This document shows positions 54,282 through 64,000 of a stretch of 64,000 nt of DNA, piece after piece. Where the stretch lies: contig NC_043005.1 of NCBI RefSeq assembly GCF_006345805.1, forward strand, positions 105,586,001-105,650,000, in the 5' to 3' direction. The position numbers were made by a program, and so were the translations under genes. Within the stretch, counting starts at the first letter, position 1. Each line of letters opens with the position of its first letter. A model generated the notes under the pieces. It ran no database searches. It was not told where the DNA came from and saw only the letters and a program-made list of their open reading frames with translations. Source of the DNA: Octopus sinensis. Taxonomy: Eukaryota.

Positions 54282-54958
54282 ATAATTATATATATTTATT
54301 ATATATATATATATATATATTTTATATATATATATATATATAATATATATAATATTTATATATATAATATAATATTTATATATATATTATATATATATAT
54401 ATATATAGTATATATATATTTTATATCTATCTGTATACGTTTTATTTTGAGATAGTGTCTCTGTTACTGAGTGTTTGTGCAAACTTTATTTCACATTTCT
54501 TCATAGCAATCATCTTTTGGAAATATTTATTGTTGTGCGACCACTGCTGAGTTATTCGGCGTTCATACACCTGGGCCTTGCTTTAAAAATGTCTTAACAA
54601 GAATGGGAATCAGAGTGAGCTGACATTCAAAAGACTTATTAAATTCATATTGAAATGACAAAATATTACGAAAGCCTTTTAATGGCCAAATATAACATTA
54701 TATTAATTGTGTGCTTGCTTTAGGTAAGGTATTCCGTTCCATAGTGTAGAACATACGTTACTAGCAGAATTGGGTGGCAGTAACTGGGTTTCAAATCTCG
54801 GTTACAAGCATTCCACTTTTCATGCTTAATGCTTCCGTGTATGTTATGAATGTCAAAGTTTTATTTCACTTTTTCTTTGAATATATATATGTATAATTGA
54901 ATATATATATATATATATATAATTAAAGGTCTACTCAGAAATAAAAGGTGATGTAGAG

Positions 54959-55144
54959 CAGTGCTCCGCAACCATTTTTCTCTCGCGGTACACTAATATT
55001 CTTTTCAAAATTTGGCGGCACACCTGAAAGAAAAATATAACTAGAAGTATAGGGGAAAAAATAATATTCAGGTTGCATTACAGTACACTTAGTATCATCT
55101 CGTGGCACACCACTGTGCCGCGGCATACCGGTTGTGGAAGATTG
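54959..55144. mobile_element. hAT (Charlie-type) MITE, 186 bp
   Basis: Imperfect TIR CAGTGCTCCGCAACC / GGTTGTGGAAGATTG; 8-bp TSD ATGTAGAG / ATGTAGAC. Confidence 0.8.
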
Positions 55145-55662
55145 ATGTAGACACACAGCTTCTGGAGTCGATAGCATGGCACTCTACTAGCAGACTGGTC
55201 GGCAATTCATATCCTCTTAAGCATATGAGACTAAATATACATTTATGAAACATAGATATAATTTCATAACCTGGGATATGCTGGAACTGTAGTCATTAAA
55301 ACCTGAACGTGAACCTTATATCATAATGTCATGCTCAGTCTTCTTTATATTTGTTAATAAGGACTTAATTCTGGTTTTCTTTCTTTCAGAATCTTGTAAA
55401 AGATTACTGATAAGTTGCAAGAGAGATGAAACTAGTAAGCTTGATCCTCATTTAAATTTACTGAAAAGTCATATTATTTAAACACTGGTTCTAATTTCAC
55501 ACTCAGTCAAATATCTTAATTTAAGCATATAGATATAACTTAGTGCATCACACATACATTCATACATATCTACTTATATACATAAAAATATAGATATATG
55601 TGTGTGTGTATGCGTGAGTGTGTGCGTGTATACACATACATATACATACATACAAACATACA

Positions 55663-55698
<36 letters not shown>

Positions 55699-56158
55699 TA
55701 TACATATGGGTAATTCAGTAGGAACTTTTCTTTGATGTATATGTAGTTTATCCGTTTAATACAGCGGTTCTCAGCATAAAATGAGTAAACAACATTTCAA
55801 TGGATAGTGGTTTACAAATGCTCCCACCTTAATTATGAGAAAACGGAGAGAAAAATAATAAAAAAATATAAAAATAAAAAAAATAATTCAGATTATTTTG
55901 ATCCAACAGATGTTAATTTTACGCAATAACGTTTTACCCATAACACAATATAACACATGTTTTGTTGATTCATATAGGCATTTTTTGCCACTAAATTAAA
56001 AAATCACATTCGTTTTGACGTAACATCGATAGTTATCTATTATTCCTAATTACGTTGTGTAATTTCTTATCTTATCCTATCAAAAAAACCCTGCTTCTTA
56101 TTTGTAACTTTTCTCTACAGCACTTTGTTGGTTCAATCTATTCTAGTATTGTAAGGAT

Positions 56159-57306
56159 AATTACACAACATTTAGTACTTTTTCATATATTGAAAGGTAT
56201 TTAAAAAGTATAATATTAGTTAGAAAAAAAAGAAACAATAAAACTCTGCACTGTAAATGCCTTGATAACTCTTTTCTTAAGATGAGAAGTGCTTTGACGA
56301 TCGAGATTTTATGGAGTGTATACCTTCATCTCTTCTGACTAGAGACCATTAATAATCTCCCAACATAGCAGTATCCCATCGTCCTTGGTATCTTCTTTCC
56401 ATAGTTGCAATGTCCTGATGAAATCTCTCACCATGATCCTCACTTCATGGCGTTTCCAGTATACAGATGTCTTTCAGTCTTCCCCCAGTAGATTCCATCA
56501 TTCAACCTTGATGAAAGAAGTTCAGTAAGACCCAGATCCCTGATTTAATCATCTAGCTCACTCTGATTTGGAAAGTGAGGCTCCGAAGTCGTTCTTGGTA
56601 CGAAAGCTTCCTCCATTTCTTGGCTGCTGCTACTTGTTGACTCTTCAGATGAAATATTTTCTGGTGGTAGTGGTACCCGTAAACTGTCATCATGTGGGCC
56701 AGGTGTTCTAGATGATGGTATGTCTGGATACTGGAGAGCTTGTCTTCCTTTCACTTTTCTGTACTTTGTCACATCGATCATACAAAAGTAACAGTCATCG
56801 TGATGGTTCTTTGGCTCTCTCAATACCCTTGGAATGGCAAAAGGTATTGACCATCCTGTACCTCTTAACCATCCTTCTAGAGTAGATCGACAGCTTCCAC
56901 GTATCACATGTGGGGTCCATGGTTTGTCCTGGTCACCCATATCTGTACGCTATCCACAATTTGGCACCTTTCACGATCTTATGTAATACCTGCTTTTTCC
57001 AATATAATAACCACACACATAGCAAAATGTATCTGGAGAATTTTTACATACTCTAGTAGCCATCCTGAAAGTAGCACAACTTAGTAATTGGTCTGAAAGA
57101 AAAAATTAGACATACCTTTAGTAGTAGAACATTATAACAATACCGAATATATAATAACATTGAAAGTCGACATATATTTTTTAAATGTTGATGATACACA
57201 AAAAATAATTTCATTTTTGGAATCAGCAGAAAAAATGGATCGATAAACAATAAAAAAAAATGCAATAAACAAATAATTTTTTTGAAAATTGTTATGTTGT
57301 GTAATT
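56159..57306 (-). mobile_element. Internally deleted Chapaev3-like DNA transposon
   Basis: 13-bp inverted termini AATTACACAACAT / ATGTTGTGTAATT. ATG at 57063 gives MATRVCKNSPDTFCYVCG..GDQDKPWTPH..WREP-like..HHDDCYFC..EPHFPNQSELDD..RDLGLT, joined directly to SEDHGERFHQDIATMERRYQGRWD. Confidence 0.82.
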
Positions 57307-57829
57307 TTTATCTTATCCTATCAAAAAACCCCGCTTCTTTGGGGGATATTTACATAGATTAGTGACCTCTAGGTTAAATTTGTACAGAAATTGCTGAAGA
57401 AAGCAAAGACCTACATGATAAAAATTATACAGGAGCTGGGTGCATCATCACTATCACTCTTTTCATATTATAATCCTACCAGTGGTTGTTTTGTTTTGTA
57501 AATCTATTTAATTAATATAATACCTGGTTTAAATATTCCCTCCTTGTGAGCGTATAATGTTCCTAACAGGCTTGCAAGAAGACGGATTAAATATTTTTCC
57601 TAATTATATACACTTCACCTCAAATAAAATTAAATAGACTCAGCAAGAGGCTTCTACTTAGTCGGTTGATCCACCAAAATTATACGAAGTGCACACTTAA
57701 TATATTCTAGGAAAAAGAATCCTTAAAAATCTCAATTTTAGACTCATCGAGTAGACTTAGTTTTAAGATCCTTTATAAAGTGCCAGGGGTCCTATATATA
57801 TATATATGTATGTATGTATGTATGTATAC

Positions 57830-57892
<63 letters not shown>

Positions 57893-59123
57893 GGGAGGGA
57901 GAGAGAGATGTGTGTGTGTGTGTGTGTATGTGCACGCGCGTGTAAAATTATATATAATTATAATAAGGTCTTGGCTTTCACGTAGACGACATAATTGGTA
58001 TGGAGAGGGAAGAATTACATGCGAGGACAACTACTCTTCTTTGGTAAGAAAATAGATAATCTTGCCTAAGCTTTATGAAGGAGCTCTCTATAAAGGAGCT
58101 TACCAGCTGTACATTCTTAATCACATATGACATACGAAGATCTCGGATGAGGTTTAAACATTATCAAGGATAATCTTTACACATCTGATATTTACAAGTT
58201 TTTCTGTTATTGCTTTAGTTGAGCCCCTGATCAACTCTGACCAAAGGGACCTAGGATAAAGCGTGTTCTAGCCATGCCCATCTTTTCTTTTCTCCTCCAG
58301 AGTGTATCTAAGACCACTTGATCTAACTTAGTAGTTCTCAAACTTTTTTCTCTGGGGGTCCACTTTTCGTATACCACAAAATCCGGAACCCACTGGAATG
58401 AGGGCCCTCTTATTAGTACTACTGATTTGATAAAAGTAACCAGTTTTATGTTGCCTTGAAAAGATTAATGTAGAGAAAGACAAACAAATCCGTCCCACTG
58501 CATAAATCCTTCTGTCCCTAAAAAGTTAAATTTTTCGTGTGGCATAGAAATTTCGAATTTTTCCAACAACTTGCATGGGTTCCTGATTTGAAACAAATTT
58601 AACCCCTCTCTGGTGTAGTCCAACATACCCATTTATGCCAATTTACCTTGACTCTTACCTCGTGGTCCTTGTAAGCGATTATAACATTTTTGGAGGTACC
58701 GAACCCTAATCACGCCCACCAACCACTAACCCAACCCTTATCCAATTCACTTACAAAATTACAGCACAGTCAACATTCGTTCAATTGTCTTTAAACCCAA
58801 ATGCGCATGTATAAGCGTATTGATCAACAAGCTGAGATATTTGCTCCGGCAAACCGCAACGGTCGCCAAAAGTAAATAAGGTCAGATCTAGACATGCGCA
58901 CTGACCGCAAGATCCGCACGGAACGCGACCTTATAACACACCTCAAAAATTCTGGGACCGACTAAAAATTTTCCGAGGCCTCCACCACCTTCAAGTGTTG
59001 ACTGATTTAACGTATGTGTCCTTGTGTCCTCTATCGTTTAAAGAGAGTAATATGATTTGAACGAAACCTGGCCACTACTTCTAGCAAGTTGATTGACTGC
59101 ATAACATCTTCTTCGTTGTCATT

Positions 59124-59166
<43 letters not shown>

Positions 59167-59394
59167 TAGTAGTAGTGGCAGTAGCAGCAGCAGCCGTTCA
59201 AGAATTTGGACTTGGAGATCTCCATTTCCAGCGACTTCGAGGGCCACCTCCCAGTGGTGTCGGGCGTCAACGAAGAGCCCTCGACTACAAGAAGACGACC
59301 AAAGTTTTTTTTTCTTTTTCCAAGGTCTGGGGTCTCCCGCCCCTAAGCCCTAGACCATCACCTAATCACCCTTACCCGTCTTGATGCTTAACAA

Positions 59395-59445
<51 letters not shown>

Positions 59446-60241
59446 AAGCAGCAGCAGCAATAGTAGAAATTTAGCCTCTAATCAGCGTTCGAGCTCTGAT
59501 CGTCCTTTTATATGTTCTTCACAAATTGCCTGTCAAAGATTCTTTACTTGGGTGTGTGCGCGTATTTATCATTCCTTCGAAAATATCCTAGAGATTTGAC
59601 AACTATGTCGAACGACCACGTAGACGTTGTCTCGCTGGATGGCATTTATACGTCGGTATTTTTGGAAATTTTCACAAAGAAATATATTAAAAAAAAAAAC
59701 AAAATCCAAGGAACAGTTTTGTAGAATATCAAAGTGTTATTGTTTTTGTTGCTGGCATCGTCGCTATTTGTCAAGGTGAGCGTTGTAAGGTCGTGTGTTT
59801 GATTCCCAGCCGCGCGTTGTGTCCTTGAGCAAGACACTTTATTTCACACTGTTCCTGTCCACTCAGCTGACAAAAATGAGTACCTGTAATTCAAAGGGCC
59901 AGTATTGTCACATTCTGTGTCACGCTGAATCTCCTTGAGAACTACGTTAAAGGTACACGGGTCTGTGGAACGCTCAATCCCTTGCACGTTTAATTTTACG
60001 AGCAGGCTGTTTCGTTGATCAAATCAACTGGAACACTCGTCGTCGTAACCGACGGAGAGCCAGACCAGGTTGCTATTGTTATTGTCGTTTTCGTTGTTGT
60101 TACTCTTTTACTATTTTACTTGTTTCAGTCATGTGACTGTGGTCATGCTGGAGCATCGCCTTTAGTCGAGCAAATCGACCCCAGGACTTATTCTTTGTAA
60201 GCCTAGTACTTATTCTATCAGCCTCTTTTGCCGAACCGCTA

Positions 60242-61626
60242 TGACTTGGCACCTGGAGAGGCAAGTCCATACCGTCCAACTGTGTTGTGTGCGTTGGACA
60301 GACGATCCCGTTAAGTTGCTCGGAGTTTCGTTTGGTCCGGACTTCCACGTGGGACGAGGTGACGAGCAGAGTAGCCAATCTCACCCAGAAATAGGCCGAT
60401 CGAGAGGAAGCTGTCCCTGCAAGGTAGAGTGGAGGTGGCGAATGCGTACATCGCGTCCGTCATCTATTACCGCTTAACTGCCGGTCCTTTGCCTGTTTGC
60501 TGGTTGAGCAAGCTAGTGCGCTCACTCTCCGCCTTGTGTAGAAGGGTTGCGTTCCACTGGTCAGGCGTTCCATCTGCTATCAACAGCCACTGAATGGAGG
60601 GCTGGGCATGCGCTGAGGTCACGGCATCTCCAGCCTTTCCTTGACGGTGAACAGGTGTGGTCACCGTTTGTAAGAGACACTTTTCCACAAGCTCGTCTCT
60701 TTGACTGAGATGCAATCCTGGATTAGGTGTAGATCGAGGAGGGGCACTTGGAACCACGAGCGCCGTCAAGCGCTCACAACCCTCCTCCAGGCGGGAAATG
60801 CGGTCGGTGATAATTCAACTCTAGCGTTCTATAGAGGGCTAGTGGAGGGAATGTGCGACGACTTTCTCGGGGAAACTCTTGGGCGTCAATGAAGATCAAC
60901 TAACCGGTCTGTTTCGGAGAACTTTCGGGCCTGGGCCTTTCGATAATTTCCAGAAATCCCTTGCCTGGCAGCGCTACCTGTTCGGGATAAACTTTACTGG
61001 CACGGATGTGCCGTCAACCGGATGTGCACCCAGAACGTTGAAAGCGTTCTGCACGTCCTAGTCCAATGCCCGAGTATTGCTGACCTGTGGGTTTATGTCG
61101 ACCATCTGCTGTCGCGTGTAAGACGGATCCAGCTATCAGCTGAATCCATTGTGAGGATTGCCCCACCACCCTCTTTTGGCCCGGAGGGGAAAGGCAATTT
61201 TTACTTGTCAAGTGGCTGTAGCGAAAGAAGTAGTATGGTGGACCCATTTGAAAGAGCTAAAGACAGGCACTTTCCTCTTTGGTCAAGCCCTCATCAATTT
61301 TTTCAAGTTTCACTTGAAAAGGAAGTCGAAGGGGGAGAGGGAAGTGTTGGCTTGTAGCAAGTTTGTTGAAAGTGTTGGAAGAATGACCAGTGTGAAAGGA
61401 CCAATTCTGAGCGTGCACCTGTAAAAAAAAAGTAAAAGAGCTCTTGCCCTGCTGTTCAAGCATCCGTGGCTTTTGTGGGTTTTTCCACGAGGTCCTTAAA
61501 GCGCCTCCCCTATTGGCAGTTTTAATTTGTTTAAATGTTAATTGTTATTTATATCGCCCTCTTTTTACCTTTTATGTCAGGCTTTTTAATGTAATTTTAG
61601 GTGAGCCCTTGTGGCCAATAAAAGAA
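60242..61626 (+). mobile_element. 5'-truncated L1/Tx1-like LINE (ORF2 C-terminal part and 3' UTR), joined to a truncated SINE-B copy
   Basis: WTDDPVKLLGVSFGPD, VEVANAYIASV.YYRLT, QQPLNGGLGM, DNFQKSLAWQ, LPVRDKLY.HG, ESVLHVLVQCP (zf-RVT-like), AVAKEVVWW, KFHLKRK, SVHL-stop; frameshifted. Confidence 0.82.
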
Positions 61627-62748
61627 TTAATTATTATTGTTGTTGTTGCATTTAAGATGGTAGAATATGACTTAAAGGGGACTTTGGTTACTGTTTTTAG
61701 CAAATCGGTGTATTCGTCTAAAATACTTTCACCAAGCAACGAACATCAAAGAGGGTTCAGAACAATAGTGAAAGAACAAAATTAGAAATGTTTTTTTGTT
61801 TTTACAAAAGTAATAAATAATAATAATAATGATGGTGATGATGATGACGATGATTTGTTAAATAGGCACCAACCAAAAATTCTAAAATAATTAGTGGCAA
61901 TAAAACATGATCGGTGTGAAAATGTAAATTATATGCTAATTTAGGAAAAGGTTTCAAAGGGTAAACAAAGAAACTCGGTGAAAACTTAAGTAAATCAAAG
62001 AACCTGGCATGTATTAAATTAAATAGAAAAGAATGAAGAATGAACGAAATATCGACTGTCTGTGTGTTGGCATATATGCGTTGAATTTTTTTTTAAATGG
62101 GAAATTGTGTGTAGTTTTGTGTAAGTATATATATGTATACATAAATGTTAAAATGCACACACACACACTCGCACACATGCATCTATATACACACACACGA
62201 CAGTTATAGATGTCACTCAGACATATTCACATGTCACATAAACACAAAAGGATATAAACGAATGGTCCAACAAATTCCGGTAAAGTAGATTTAGTTACAT
62301 ATACGCACATATAGCCATTACTATACTTGATATGTTCCCAGGCACGCATACATACATACATACATACATACAAAAAGACGACAGACAGGCAGAAAGACAG
62401 ATAGATAGAGAGATAGATAGATGGATAGACAGATAGATAGATGGATAGATAGATATACATGCATATTAACACATATACACACGCTCACATTCATACACAC
62501 GCAACTCATTGCCATATATATTCCTGTGAGAATCCATACAAAGTTCTCAATATTTAAATAAAAGTATTACAATTTCTTCATTAACTTTATTGTTATAAAA
62601 AGACAACACTTACAACAATGAAAAACATCATCATCGTCATCATCATCATCATCAACGTCATCATCAACAACAATAGTAACAAAAGGAACAGTTCATTGTT
62701 TATATTATTTACATTTGACGGATATTTGTCCTCATCTTGTTTGTTGTT

Positions 62749-62794
62749 AACACAACGTTTCGGCTGATATACTCTCTGGCCTTCATGAGGTGTC
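62749..62794 (-). ncRNA. Mutated minimal hammerhead in a Penelope-type repeat (about 62680-62845)
   Basis: GACAC-CTCATGA-A-GGCCAG..TCAGCC-GAA-ACGT-T-GTGTT. The core G is replaced by C and stem II has mismatches. Confidence 0.65.
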
Positions 62795-63682
62795 TTGGGG
62801 AAATTTTCAACCTGGGTTCTCATTCCTATGGTATTTTTCAGTGTTGTTGTTGTTGTTGTTATTATTATTATTATTATTATTGAGTCAGTTGAATCAGAGT
62901 TGATTTGTACTTGAAGTTGTATTTAACATTGAATGATCACAAGCCAAGTAATTAAACTAAGAACCTCCATGATTATTGTAGCTTTCGTATCGACTGGATT
63001 AAGTAGCAAAAACTGGCAACCCTCGGCTTCGGTCGCCGAATAAGGGATTCGGTGACGGGGTTGAAATATAATTTCTTGTACTTTTTTGTCTTTTTACTTT
63101 ATTATTTTCATCTTAATTTCAGATCTACCATCAATAAAATATATTCGAAATATGACATATGAAAAGATCTCATTGATGTTCTCGGTATGAAGAAAATATA
63201 AAGTAAAATGTAGACTAACAAACTTAATGAGTTAACAATGAGTTTTTTTTTTACCCGTTTAAAGTTACATCTTTAATGAAAAGTCTGCGTTAATGATAAA
63301 AAATTTAACGTTGATTGTTAACACCGCGACGTATTCTGTAGAGCTGTGGTGAACAATACAACGGACACGATAACATTTATCGTAGCCAACACCACAGCTC
63401 GCACCGTAACATACATTGCTGCTAACACTACAAAATGCAATACAACCAGTTACAATAAAATTGTTACAACAATGCAACATCGCAATATACAACAATATAC
63501 GAAATATGCTTTCTCCAGCACTGTTAGTAACGCTATAAAATATATTGTTAATACGCTTGTTGCTAACATTACCACAAATACTGGAACATACATTGTTCCA
63601 AACAAAATGCTACAACTTGAATATATACATAGATGCATACACACGTATATGCGCTCGCGCGCGTGTGTAGTTAAGGTAAACT

Positions 63683-64000
63683 TATTTCTTTATTGCCCAC
63701 AAGGGGCTAAACATAGAGGGGCAAACAAGGGCAGTCAAAGGGATTAAGTCGATTACATCGACCCCGGTGTGTGAAAGGATGAAAAGCAAAGTCGACCTCG
63801 GTAGAATTTGAACTCAGAACGCAACGGCAGACGAAATGCCTATTTCTTTACTACCCACAAGGGGCCAAACACAGAGAGGACAAACAAAGACAAACAAACG
63901 GATTAAATCGATTATAACGACCCCAGTGCGTAACTGGTACTTATTTAATCGACCCCGAAATGATGAAATGCAAAGTCGACCTCGGCGGAATTTGAACTCG
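63683..64000 (-). mobile_element. SINE family A multimer, runs off the window end
   Basis: Two bodies joined at about 63835-63845 (GACGAAATGCC-TATTTCTTT). Confidence 0.9.

Noticed and set aside
62990-63070. HDV-like ribozyme fold
   Set aside because: A 7-bp P1 and a P4 can be drawn, but P3/P2 do not pair and the catalytic C position is T.
2-64000. Dozens of ORFs rich in HT, YI, CV, MYVC, poly-N/D/T
   Set aside because: They are translations of (CA)n, (TA)n, (TACA)n and triplet microsatellites, with no coding signal.

Overview
AT-rich eukaryotic DNA saturated with microsatellites. The repeat families look like those of an octopod cephalopod (Octopus); this is recalled similarity, not a database result. 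No complete host gene is visible, and nearly all ORF-track entries are microsatellite artefacts. The window is a layered set of mobile elements: four tRNA-derived or other SINE-like families, decayed HERO, Dong/R4 and L1/Tx1 non-LTR retrotransposons, a mariner remnant, two Chapaev3-like transposase remnants, a hAT MITE and a Lep1-like non-autonomous Helitron. Most notable: (1) six minimal type-I hammerhead ribozyme motifs from five unrelated short Penelope-type terminal repeats, two inside large fold-back structures; (2) a stop-free ~75-codon UDP-glucuronosyltransferase fragment inserted antisense inside a Dong/R4 LINE; (3) headless SINE bodies multimerised through the same junction at four loci; (4) a 3' tail shared by the dominant SINE and a Tx1-like LINE, pointing to its mobilising partner; (5) a duplicated non-coding ~560-bp element in (ATT)n with a reiterated terminal 19-mer. 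A weak chain of + strand candidate micro-exons suggests this may be intronic DNA of an unidentified gene.
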